A DNA stretch of 63,813 nt, filler included, from Octopus bimaculoides (GCF_001194135.2; 6 parts of 5 records of this genome joined end to end with filler, not necessarily neighbours in it), one strand, 5' to 3'. Counted from the first letter of the whole stretch, positions 25,690-37,701 are shown. Numbers and translations are program-made. Notes: generated by a model from the letters alone, not told the origin.

Positions 25690-26400
25690 AACCACCACCA
25701 CCACCACCACTACTACTGCTACTACTGCTGCTGCTGCTGCTTTATTTGTCACAAGGGCAACATAAATACAAGTTCACATGTGAAGACAAAACAACAGCAG
25801 CAAAACGGTATCTACAGCAGCAGCAGCAGCAGCAGCAGTAACTGCAACAGTTTCACCAACACCGCCAAATGACATCATTATCATCATCATCATATTCATT
25901 AATAGCACCGTCACCAGCAATAGCAACATTTGGAGTATTACAGGTAATGGAGAGTGGTGGAGAGGGCGATGGGGACGACGTTGGTGATGGTGGGAGAGAA
26001 CTATACCGCCGCAGCCGCCACCACCACCACCGCTACCAACACCAACAACAGCTGCAACAGTAGCTTCGATGACACCCAAATTAGCAGCAGTAGCATTGGC
26101 ATCGATATTAGCAGCAGCAGCAGCTGTAGTTTCGTCACTGTGGTGATGGTGGAGCAGCTCTGGTAGTGATGGTCATAGTGGCAGTGGCGTGGTGGTTGCG
26201 TGCGCGTGTGTGTGGTAGGGGGGTTATAGTAAATGCGTTGACAGTGGAGGTGGTGGTGATGGTAGTAATAGTTTTTATGGTAGTGGTGATGGTGGTAGCA
26301 GCAGCAATAGTATTTATAATAGTGGTGGTAGTAGTGTAAGTAATAGTATTGATAGTAGCGGAGGTTTCGGTGGTGGTGCCTCCTTTCTATCCAGTAAAAT
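25690..26400. repeat. Low-complexity trinucleotide mosaic (CAC/CAG/GGT/TAG)
   Basis: Direct inspection. Confidence 0.85.
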
Positions 26401-26779
26401 CTCACATAAACAGAACAACGTGAATGATACACAACACACAAGTAAGGATGGAAGCCAGAGGTTCTGTCTCACCTCTGACCATCACTACAATGTATTTTGG
26501 AATCTTACTAACCCTCCTCTCTACCAGCCAACTTCCACAGGGTAAGGCTGACCTTTACTTTTAATTAATTCTCTTATTGACCAATTAACAATAATAATTA
26601 AAGATTTTGGGTCCGACATGAAATGTGACTTTCATACATTTTCCTGTGCATTAACAAGAATTGAAACCGTACTTATAGTGTCGTTTGGGAGGGAGTTCAC
26701 CTCTCGTGTTATAACAATAACAATTTCCGTTGAGCTGGTGCCAGGCCGTAAAGTGATGTAGGGGGTGGGCATATAGGTG

Positions 26780-26875
26780 ATTATATCAACCCCAGTATTG
26801 ACTGGTACTTTAATTTGCCGACACCAGGAGAAATAAAAGAGGAAAGTTGAAGCTGGCGGTCATTTGAACTCGGTC
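26780..26875 (-). mobile_element. SINE B fragment
   Basis: ACCCCAGTATTGACTGGTACTT..ATTTGAACTC. Confidence 0.5.
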
Positions 26876-27884
26876 CTGCAGTATTTGTTTTGCTGGCTTA
26901 TCTTTATAGTTGTTGGCAGCAACAACAAGTTAAAGGGGTGCTAATCAAGCCGATTAGAGGGCCTTAATGTAGTCGGTCATTTTGTTAGAAATAGTAGTCA
27001 AATCTCTCTTAAACTACACCTTATTGTCTTTTAAAAAAAGGCCATCGCAGTGGATACATATGTAGTCTGAAGTACGTAACAATCCACCAGAGACAATAAT
27101 AATATTGTCGTAATTGGAACGTTTTTATCGATAAGTATACTAGATTAAAGTTGGCTTAGGGTTAAACAACAACACTGACTCAACAAGGTGTTAGAAATGT
27201 CCCACATCAACCACAATCAGGACACCTCACTTGCGATCAGGTACTTTTCGACAAAACACCTAATATCATAGTTTCACCTGGCCACAGAAATACTTCATCA
27301 TAAGCAGTAGGTCAAGGTGGGGAAGATACTTTCGGACCAACAACTTTAGTTACTTTAAACCACTTTTATCTTCATCATTACCACCACCATCACCGTCGAC
27401 ATCAGCATCATTATCATCGTTGCTATTTCTCGTAACAGCTATTTTACCTGTAGGTCCAGCAGGGAAGGTAAATGAAGAATGGAGTTGAAGGACCTGCTGG
27501 TAACGGCTAGGCTGTGGGGATGAGTAATTATGTCCCAATTTTGCATTACTCATACACGTATATATATAGGGGAACATGTGTCCGACTAATATCATAGTTT
27601 TGTGGTCGCTAGCCCTGTTAGAGATAGCAGGCAATTCTCAATAAATATCACAGACAGTTTGAATAATTACCCCGATTCACCCAGACTAAACAATAGCAAA
27701 TGGATCTATATCTACTCTCTCTCTCTCTTTCACTCACACACACATACACGCGCACGTATTCTTAATACTTGTGGCGTATATTGAAGCTTTCGATGCATTC
27801 TCTTGTTCCTCTGAGAACTCCCGCTCACTTCGTTCCTTTATATATATCTCTGTGTGTATGTATATATATATATGTGTGTGTGTG

Positions 27885-27945
<61 letters not shown>

Positions 27946-28270
27946 NNNNNNNNNNNNNNNNNNNNNNNNNNNNNNNNNNNNNNNNNNNNNNNNNNNNNNN
28001 NNNNNNNNNNNNNNNNNNNNNNNNNNNNNNNNNNNNNNNNNNNNNNNNNNNNNNNNNNNNNNNNNNNNNNNNNNNNNNNNNNNNNNNNNNNNNNNNNNNN
28101 NNNNNNNNNNNNNNNNNNNNNNNNNNNNNNNNNNNNNNNNNNNNNNNNNNNNNNNNNNNNNNNNNNNNNNNNNNNNNNNNNNNNNNNNNNNNNNNNNNNN
28201 NNNNNNNNNNNNNNNNNNNNNNNNNNNNNNNNNNNNNNNNNNNNNNNNNNNTATATATATATATATATAC

Positions 28271-28430
28271 CGGAGTAAGCACATGAAATGTGCAACAAGG
28301 TGGAAAAAAGAGTACTCAAATACCAGAGGTAGAGTAATATGCTTTATTTAAAAGCAGCAGAAATATAACAAAAAAACCGTTACTCAGAGTAACGGTTTTT
28401 TTGTTATATTTCTGCTGCTTTTAAATAAAG
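28271..28430 (-). mobile_element. Same pseudo-LTR family, folded back into a perfect palindrome
   Basis: 44-bp perfect arms 28342-28385 and 28387-28430 with a 1-nt spacer; similar to the 15544-15785 family; (TA)n on both sides. Confidence 0.6.
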
Positions 28431-29179
28431 TATATATATATATATATGTGTGTATGTATGTACATCCATGTGTATCTTTGTGAAACAAATTAATGATTTC
28501 ACATGTATAAATTTATAATTTTATTTGCAACTAAATGCACGCCGGTGGTTTTGCATTTAACGAAAACAAACCTTATGGAGAAAAGGTAAGTTCAGTAGTA
28601 TCAAACTACCTATGATCCAAATATCTGGTGTCACATGGAACAATATTTAACATGTGTTAGACTTGTTTGAGCAGCTGTGGCTCTTACATTCTGTGATGCA
28701 TATAGATTCGTTAGAAGTTACATGATGCACTGATACGACCCAGCCGAGCGGTGAATACAGGTGCGGGTATTTATGAATGTGTTTCTGTCTGTCTATCTAT
28801 CTATCTATCTGTGTGTGTGTGTGTGTGTGTACACTAACATTTTGTAACACATGCTTTTGAATATTGTAGAAAATCAATATAACGGAAAAGGTGCAAATAA
28901 AATCTTATATTTATACAGGGAATTTACACACACAATGAGAATCCAAGAAAGAAGATTTAGTGATGCGAATAGACTTCTATTTCTATATGCATGATATATA
29001 TAAACAGCGTGCATGCATATACAAATGCACGTGTGTAAATGATATAAACATCTAATATAGCTATTTCTATGGTATATGTATATGTGTATTAAGACAGAGA
29101 TAGAACTACGCAAGCATGAATGATGTGTACATATACCTTTTGACACAAACTCTATCTAGGCATAATGTATAAAAGTACA

Positions 29180-29214
<35 letters not shown>

Positions 29215-29248
29215 TGGAAGGTTTGGAGGTGATGTACAGGAATTATAT

Positions 29249-29346
29249 ATTAGAAAAAAATAATAAGATACACAGATATCTGGATGGTTGTACAATCTGT
29301 AAATGTACAACCATCCAGATATCTGAGTACCTTATTTTTTTCTAAT
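29249..29346. repeat. Long imperfect hairpin (about 43-bp arms, 9-nt loop)
   Basis: ATTAGAAAAAAATAA..CAGATATCTGGATGGTTGTACA / TGTACAACCATCCAGATATCTG..TTATTTTTTTCTAAT. Confidence 0.9.
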
Positions 29347-30139
29347 NNNNNNNNNNNNNNNNNNNNNNNNNNNNNNNNNNNNNNNNNNNNNNNNNNNNNN
29401 NNNNNNNNNNNNNNNNNNNNNNNNNNNNNNNNNNNNNNNNNNNNNNNNNNNNNNNNNNNNNNNNNNNNNNNNNNNNNNNNNNNNNNNNNNNNNNNNNNNN
29501 NNNNNNNNNNNNNNNNNNNNNNNNNNNNNNNNNNNNNNNNNNNNNNNNNNNNNNNNNNNNNNNNNNNNNNNNNNNNNNNNNNNNNNNNNNNNNNNNNNNN
29601 NNNNNNNNNNNNNNNNNNNNNNNNNNNNNNNNNNNNNNNNNNNNNNNNNNNNNNNNNNNNNNNNNNNNNNNNNNNNNNNNNNNNNNNNNNNNNNNNNNNN
29701 NNNNNNNNNNNNNNNNNNNNNNNNNNNNNNNNNNNNNNNNNNNNNNNNNNNNNNNNNNNNNNNNNNNNNNNNNNNNNNNNNNNNNNNNNNNNNNNNNNNN
29801 NNNNNNNNNNNNNNNNNNNNNNNNNNNNNNNNNNNNNNNNNNNNNNNNNNNNNNNNNNNNNNNNNNNNNNNNNNNNNNNNNNNNNNNNNNNNNNNNNNNN
29901 NNNNNNNNNNNNNNNNNNNNNNNNNNNNNNNNNNNNNNNNNNNNNNNNNNNNNNNNNNNNNNNNNNNNNNNNNNNNNNNNNNNNNNNNNNNNNNNNNNNN
30001 NNNNNNNNNNNNNNNNNNNNNNNNNNNNNNNNNNNNNNNNNNNNNNNNNNNNNNNNNNNNNNNNNNNNNNNNNNNNNNNNNNNNNNNNNNNNNNNNNNNN
30101 NNNNNNNNNNNNNNNNNNNNNNNATATATACATATATAC

Positions 30140-30302
30140 TACGGGCTTCTTTCAGTTTCCGTCTACCAAATCCACTCACAAGGCTTTGGTCGGCCCGAGG
30201 CTACAGTAGAAGACACTTGCCCAAGATGCCACGCACTGGGACTGAACCCGGAACCATGTGGTTGGTAAGCAAGCTACTTACCACACAGCCACTCCTGCGC
30301 CT
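30140..30302 (-). mobile_element. SINE A 5' half
   Basis: AGGCGCAGGAGTGGCTGTGTGG...GGGTTCAGTCCC on minus strand; truncated by gap. Confidence 0.85.
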
Positions 30303-30321
30303 ATATATATATATATATATA

Positions 30322-31780
30322 TTATCATCATCATCGTTTAATGTCCGATTTTCATGCTAGCATGGGTTGGATGGTTTGACCGGGGTCTGGGAAGCCTGGA
30401 GGCTGCACCAAGCTCCTGTCTGATCTGGCAGTGTTCCTACAGCTGGACGCCCTTCCTAATGCCAACCACTCCATGAGTGTAGTGGGTGCTTTTTGCGTGC
30501 CACCGGCACAGGTATCACAACTACAATTTCCATTTGATTTTCATTTTGATGTTGATGTACTTGACTCAATAGGTCTCCTCAAGCACAGCAGGGCGCCCTA
30601 TGATCCAAGGTACTTTTGAATGGGCTGGGGCTGGTTATGCAAAACTGGTGTAGAATACAGCCGTGAACTCACTTTATTTGCCAGGTCTTCGCAGTCACAG
30701 CATATCTCCAGAGGTCTCGGTCTTTCATCATTGCCTCTGTGAGGCCCAACATCGAAGGTCATGCTTGACCCTATGTCTTCATCCCATGTCTTCCTGGGTC
30801 TACCTCTACTCTGGATTCCTTCAACTGTTTGGGAGTGGCACTTCTTCACACATCTCTCTTCATCCATCTGTAGTGCATGATCATACCAGCGCAAACATCT
30901 CTCTTGCACCCCACATCCTATGCTTCTTATGTCCAACATTTCTCTCAGGGCGCTTACACTCTGTCATGTGTGCACACTGACATTACACATCCAGCGGATC
31001 ATGCTAGCTTCATTTCTTTCGAACCTACGCATGTTCTCTGCAGCCACGGCCCATATTTCACTACTGTGAAGCATGGCAGTTTGCACACATGCATCGTACA
31101 TTCTACCTTTCACTCTGAGCGAGAGGCCCTTTGTCACCAGTAGGGGTAGAAGCTTTCTAAACCTTGCCCAAGCTATTCTTATTCTAGTGGTAACACACTC
31201 TGAGCATCCTCCCCCACTACTAACTTGGTCACCTAGGTAGCGGAAGCTATCAACTACTTCTAGTTTCTTCACCTGGAGTGTGATGGATCTGTTTTCTGAC
31301 CATCTGTGGTGTTTATTGCCCTTGTGCATCTACCGCACACGAAAGCTATCTTCTCGGTTACTCTTCCTATGTGTCCATAGCTTACACTGGGTACATCTTA
31401 TGGAGTTTCTACCTACACTTTTCTACACATCGAGCAGGGCCACCTACCTGAAGAGGTGTGTGATGTGTTCACCTTCCTACTTACTAAAAATTTGGTCTTT
31501 GCTACATTGACTCTAAGGCCTTTTGATTTTAAACCTTGCTTCCACACCCGAAATTTCTTCTGTAGTTCTGGTAGTGATTTTGCCATGAGAGCAAGGTCAT
31601 CAGCATAGAGGAGCTCTCAGGGGCAACCCACCTTGAATTCCTCTTTTATTGTCTGGAGGACTATGTTGAATAAAAGGGAACTTGGGCTGAACCTTGGTGG
31701 ACCCCTACTTCTACCCAGAATTCTTCACTATACTCATTTCCAATTCTAACCTTACTAACAGCCTCCCAATATTTTTATGG
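30322..31780 (-). pseudogene. 5'-truncated RTE-clade LINE (RT C-terminal half, 3' UTR, (ATG)n tail)
   Basis: GVHQGS, LLFNIVLQ, YADD (31596-31607), FRYLGDQ, RIRIAWARFRKLLPLL, GRPRKTW; frameshifts and stops; tail ...AAACGATGATGAT. Confidence 0.92.
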
Positions 31781-32557
31781 ATTTTTTATTAACAGGTATC
31801 TCATCGCAGGTTAAAAAAGTCTAGACATTATTATCATAACAGTTCCTCATGAAATAATTTTTACATAAATCCCTCCATCACAAACAGGCCTGACACGTTC
31901 GTACCCCACAGGTTTCGCATATAAACAAATATATATATTTACATCTAGGTCTGAACATTTTGCTGAAAATATAGTGATAAGAACCGTTGCACCGGTCCTC
32001 CTTTCCAAACGCAACTAAAGGCGTATGTACTAGGGAACATGTATGTATGGGAGTGTTTATATATACATATGTGTATGTATGTATGTGTGGGTGGGTATAT
32101 GTGTCTGTCCTCATATATAGTAACAATAACATTTGTCTCTTTGGTGTGCATGTATAGACATTTATGTATGTACATCTAAACACACATACAGGTATTCATG
32201 TATTTATGGTTATCTGTTTATGTATATCTGTATATGTTAAAGTATGCATGCATATGCATATATATGTAAGTTTTTATGACTCTTTATATGGTTTTTTTTA
32301 TATGCTTTTATATTTTCATATTTATATTTGAATTTTGTAAACTTCATGAGCTGAACTTTGTAAATCTCTGAAGAGGCCTAGAGAATCATGCATGTATTTC
32401 CATTGCATCCTTTTCATCTACCAATTACTCCAGCTTACTGGAGTTATATAGATAGANNNNNNNNNNNNNNNNNNNNNNNNNNNNNNNNNNNNNNNNNNNN
32501 TTAATTAATTAANNNNNNNNNNNNNNNNNNNNNNNNNNNNNNNNNNNNNNNNNNNNG

Positions 32558-32856
32558 TGAATGTTTATTGAGCGAAAACACTTAAAGCTCCACAAGGCTC
32601 CGGCAGGGGATGATGGCGAACCCTGCTGTACTCTTTCACCACAACTTTCTCTCACTCTTACTTCCTCTTTCTGTTGTGCCTGTAATTAAAAGGGTCAGCC
32701 TTGTCACACTGTGTTACGCTGAATATCCCCGAGAACTACGTTAAGGGTACACGTGTCTGTGGAGTGCTCAACCACTTGCACGTTAATTTCACGAGCAGGC
32801 TGTTCCGTTGATCGGATCAACTGGAACCCTCGACGTCGTAAGCGACGGAGTGCCAA
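32558..32856 (+). mobile_element. SINE C-related variant (shared 3' body, different 5' part)
   Basis: 32679-32853 is the reverse complement of 32876-33052. Confidence 0.7.
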
Positions 32857-32873
32857 CACACACAGAGATGTAG

Positions 32874-33220
32874 GAGCACTCCGTCGGTTACGATGACGAG
32901 GGTCCCAGCTGATACGATCAACGGAAGAGCTTGCTCGTGAAATTAACGTGCAAGTGGCTGAGCATTCCACAAACACATGTACTCTTAACGTAGCTCTAGA
33001 GGAGATTCGGCGTGACACAGAAAGTGACAAGGCTGGCCCTTTGAAATACAGGTACTACTCATTTTTGTCACCTGAGTGGACTGGAGCAACGTGAAATAAA
33101 GTATCTGGCTCAAGGACACAACGCGTCGCCGGGAATTGAACTCACGACCAACGGAACTGATCTCGAAACGACATGTTTGCAAAGCGACAGTCTTAAATTC
33201 TTAACCACACAGATATGTCC
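32874..33220 (-). mobile_element. SINE C
   Basis: Minus head GTGAGTTCAATTCCCGG B box; GTGTCCTTGAGCCAGATACTTT body. Confidence 0.8.
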
Positions 33221-34614
33221 GTACCTAATGATATGAAAATAAAAATAACACCATATGAAAAGAAAATTACAGATAAAATGGAATGAGTTTTAAAGTGAAA
33301 CTAAAGCGATGAAACAGAGAAAGCTGAACTAAAATAGAAGCCAAGAGTTAAGAGAAAGAGTTGAGAAGAGATCGCGAAGAAACAAGTACAGAATGCAATT
33401 AGTTACAAATATCAGGAATTCTTCATGTATTTTTTTCTCTTTTATTTTTATGTGATATATTTTTTTTATTTAAAAATTTTATATCTTCTACTCGAAAAAT
33501 TGACAGGCTGGAAAAATAACGAAAGAAAAATAAGTAAACGAGAAATTAAAATAGAAACAATGCAAAAAAAAAAATGCCATTAAAAAAAACAGAAACAAAC
33601 TTAAATATAAATATTTAAAAGAGAAAAAAGAAAATAATCACCTATTTTATATTATAGCAACTTATTACAAGCTGACAGAGACAAAATGTGAGTAAATTTT
33701 CATTACTGAAAACAATAAAGACAAAATACTAAAAGACTAAAAGAATATATAAGAATAAAGCTGGAAAGACTAAACCAAAATATATTCATCTATTGAGAAA
33801 CTAAAACAAAAGCATAATAAATAAAAAAAAAATCTCCATGATGTTGATGATGATGATGATGAAGGTGGTGATGACGATGATGATAATGAAGGCGGTGATG
33901 ATGAAGATGATGATGTTGAAGATTATGAGGTTGATTATGACGATGATGATCTTGATAGGGGAGGAGGAGGAGGAGATGGAAATACAACTAATTTATTGCG
34001 TATAAATTTTAACAGCAAAACTTTATATGCACCTGCAAGGATTATATAAACACCCGTTATGATGCACTGGGTCAGAGGAAACCTCAATTATTGGAATCAA
34101 AGCGCTTCATTACCAGGAAGGAAGACCTATGATGAGAGGGTTTGGTCAACCAGTTAACCGGAAGTTGAGTGGAGTAATCTTTAATAACTGCTGTTGAATC
34201 TATTAAAGAAAAAAGAAATAGAATATATCAAGGAAGTAATAATGCAGAACAATTGTTTATAGTGTTAACTAGTTAAAGTATTAGTTGCGGTTATTAGAAA
34301 TGTTTTCACAATAAACGTGCAAGTAAAAAAAAAAGATACATGACTAATTTCTTAGACATTAAAATGAAAAATGCATAGTGAGTTCTAAAATGTTTGCTCT
34401 TAAAGAAGAAGTGTGAAAAAGCTGTCCGATGCATATAGGTGGAACAGACAAAACGTGGTAAAAATGTAAAAACTATGTCTGATCTGATGGACTTCGATGA
34501 ATGAAAGAAAAGGGATTCGACATTCCAGATATGTGTAGCTTACAGCCATTACGATGCCCGAAAGATTGGAAATAATGGTGGACTAGAGATAATGGAGTTA
34601 TTTATTTATTTTAA

Positions 34615-34745
34615 TGTCTTGTTAGAAGTTTCTTCGGGTTAAGTAGCCCATCCTGCTCAAGAAGTCTCTGAATAATGTTCGTTTAAGGATGCTGAACAAA
34701 ACACCCATGTTTCAAGAGGTGAATTATTCAAAACCCAAACAATTT
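34615..34745. repeat. Family D internal fragment
   Basis: GTAGCCCATCCTGCTCAA..AACACCCATGTTTC shared with 35255-35330. Confidence 0.7.
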
Positions 34746-34752
34746 CTATATG

Positions 34753-34895
34753 CGCTTGGACTGGCAATGCTACCGGGGGGCGCTACCGGTTCGAGATAAA
34801 CTCTACACGCTGTCAGACGGACTTTTCCGAAGTGCGAGCAAAGTGACGAAACCGCTCTGCACAGTCTCGTTCAATGTCCGAGTATTGCTAATTTC
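34753..34895 (+). pseudogene. L1/Tx1-type ORF2 zinc-knuckle scrap
   Basis: WQCYRGALPVRDKL then, after a frameshift, PKCEQSDETALHSLVQCPSIA. Confidence 0.65.
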
Positions 34896-35062
34896 AAGAA
34901 GGTCTTCTTTTCTCTTCTACTCAGCTCTTTTGTTAAACTCTTCCTTGCCCATCATTTCATCTGCATTTACACCTATATCTTGCACGACATATTGCAGCAG
35001 GTCTTCATCACTATTTATCAAATCCTCGGCAAGAGTTCTCCTTTCACTCCTAATACAATAAT
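34895..35062 (-). pseudogene. Probable R4-type LINE post-RT linker scrap
   Basis: CIRSERRTLAEDLINSDEDLLQYV...KEEFNKRAE*KRKEDLLE resembles the region before the LHG motif. Confidence 0.4.
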
Positions 35063-35077
35063 AGGTCTATACTAACT

Positions 35078-35585
35078 ATTATTATTATTATTGGGTGAGA
35101 GAGCAGTCCATGCCAGCAAAGTGACACTGGGGTAAAATATACGAAGCCCAGTATACCCATCATCACAACCATATGTCCGTGACATGGTGATCTCATAGCA
35201 AGATAAACAGCGCATGACTTTGCAAGTGGAGTCAGTTAGAATTTTCTTCAGGTTGAGTAGCCCATCCTGCTCAAAAGATCCCTGAATAATGCTTTTTAAG
35301 GATGTTGAACGAAACACCCATGTTTCCAAACGTGAATTATGCAAACGCCAAAGAATTCCTCTCAACACATGGCTATGATGCACCCCCACTATGCTCAACT
35401 GGTTAAGATCAAACAACTGAGAAGCAAATCTGTGATGCTGAGCAGAATATTTACTGTAACCCAGCTTTTATACCAAGACAAAACAATGTACATGGTAACA
35501 CTTCCAATCTGTTTAGATCAGAAGCCATGAGAGCCACTGCTTGGTACTGCATCAGCGCATTTTATTATTGTTATTATTATTATTA
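35078..35585. mobile_element. Interspersed repeat family D flanked by (TAA)n on both sides
   Basis: Matches partial copies at 4392-4533 (inverted) and 34615-34745. Confidence 0.7.
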
Positions 35586-35593
35586 TTATTACT

Positions 35594-35639
<46 letters not shown>

Positions 35640-35651
35640 CTATTATTATTA

Positions 35652-35860
35652 AGGCAGCAAACTGGCAGAATAGTGAGCATGCCAAACAAAATGCATAGTG
35701 ACATTTCGTTCGTTTTTTCGTTGTGTCCAAATTCTGCCAAGGTCGACCTTGCATTTCCTCCATTTGAGATCGATGAAATAAGTGCCAGTTTAATTATCGG
35801 ATCAATTTAATCAACTAGTCCTTACCTCTAAAATTTCAAGCCTTGTACCGATATATGAAC
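35652..35860 (+). mobile_element. SINE B, degenerate
   Basis: GGCAGCAAACTGGCAGAATAGTGAGCATGCC..CAAATTCTGCCAAGGTCGAC. Confidence 0.65.
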
Positions 35861-36011
35861 AGTTGAATATTAAATTTGTTCCCGCGTCGGACAAAATGCC
35901 GTGCAGAATTTGTTTCGGTTCATTTGGTTTTTAGTAAATTCTAGTCGAAGCTAACTTTCAAGAAAGTAACAGTTAACGTTAGAGATTAAATATAATGAAG
36001 TTTTCCTAAAT

Positions 36012-36135
36012 CTGGAGGCGTGTGGCCAAGTGGTTACCATGTCGGACTCATGGTCGTAAGATCCTGGTTTCAATTCCTGGACTGGGTGAGGCATTGTGTT
36101 CATGATCAAGCCACTTCATTTCACGTTGCTCTGTG
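36012..36135 (+). mobile_element. SINE C-type head
   Basis: TGGCCAAGTGG A box, GGTTTCAATTCC B-box-like. Confidence 0.7.
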
Positions 36136-36139
36136 GTTG

Positions 36140-36373
36140 TGTGGACGCCCCCTTGCGATAAGTAGGCTAGTCCAATACGTATAAATAGCTAGACGAAAAG
36201 CGTAGAGCTAGAATAGAGGAGCGAGACGGAGCTGTCGGTAGATTAGACGTTAAGTTCGGCAGAGTCCAGTCGTCGAAAGTGAGAGTTGAGTAGAGGTCAA
36301 CAGCACGCGCGATATAACACTTTGGTTCACCGTCGAGCAAAGATGAGTACGCTTGCGACGGACCGGCGTCACA
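36140..36373 (+). mobile_element. Possible solo LTR
   Basis: TGTGGACGCC...GGCGTCACA terminal inverted ends (TG..CA), TATAAATA at 36180, CpG-rich; no target-site duplication visible. Confidence 0.35.
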
Positions 36374-37701
36374 TCCAGGAAGTAAATACATATACGCCAT
36401 AGCAACTGGGAAACCGGCTCTTATGATTTCTTAGGGCGCGAAAAGAATGCTCCTGCTCTCTTTTTCTCCCTCCCGCTACCATCTACATTATGCTCTTCCA
36501 CGTTACGCAAAATCAATATCTATTAGTATAACTAAATCCTATTTAGTAGTGTTTGCTCTAGCAATTTCCACTAACATAACTGAATTTACACGATTTGCAC
36601 TAAAACTAAACCATCCACTAACTAGACATATTCATTCAACGATTTCCACTGTTATCACAAAATTCAAAACAGCCCAGCTGGTAAATATTCTCAATAAATA
36701 TTCTGAAAATATGGTTTCCTCTATGAAGATATCATTGTTTCAGTTCTATTAGACATTAGTAATTCCATTTCGTTTTAAAGATTTTGACATAACCAGTCAT
36801 TCTTTAAAATAGAGGAAACTATGTAATTTTTCTTTACCTTCTTTTAAGATTTACGAGATTTTTTTGGCTTTAGTTTCTTGTTTCTTTTTTTTGCGTTGTA
36901 TCTCTTGCTGTAACTCGAGTAAAGAATAGATAGTTCTTGGAGCTTATTATCATGAGCTGGTATATGTATGCTGTCATGCTATGATAAAATAAAAACGTTG
37001 CATCAACTAAAAAAATAATAATAAATATACATTGCATATATTGTACAAAAGGAAAGAACAATGATAAGATAGGAATTCAATTTAGATTATATATGTATTT
37101 CATCATAACACACATAATTTTACATACAAGCACACACGTATCTGCATCTACAAATACACCTAGAAACAAATGCATACACACACGGACATTTACGTACATA
37201 CACTCACCAAGAGATATATGTATATATATGTATAAATATATATGTACATATGAATGTATATGATTATATGTTTGTATTTCTATAAATGTATGTGTATACT
37301 TTTTTGTGTGCGTTAGAATGAGACGGTTACAAACTGCAAATCTAAATCACGTATATGTCTTTTCTTGAAGTAATGCTTATGCTACAAAGAAAGGTCCAAA
37401 CCTCATTATATTGTGGATCCTGAGGGCTTAATGACGTTTTGTTTCGATGACTTTTAATCATGACAGAAAACCAAATTCTACCACTCCCAGGGCTTTACTA
37501 TATGTAGCAACTTGAAAATGATATCTGTTGATCCTCGAATGATAGATCATCTAAGAGAAATGACGTAGGAACAACATTTCCAAATGCTTCAATATGAGGA
37601 GATACACTTCCGTTTCAAAAAAACATGTCCTCTTTACACAAACTTGGAATAATTTCGTTATTGTAAAATGTTCAGTGAAATTAGTGTCTCTGCTTTATCG
37701 T

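Noticed and set aside
25690-26441. Poly-Q/H/T/A coding exon
   Set aside because: Mixed trinucleotide low complexity in all frames, with no domain or convincing splice signals.
32360-32400. Hammerhead (CTGAAGAGG...GAATCATGCATGTA)
   Set aside because: GAAA is broken and helix I does not pair; at best a decayed relic.
36447-36752. 101-aa ORF
   Set aside because: Low-complexity pyrimidine/A-rich composition, no recognisable motif.
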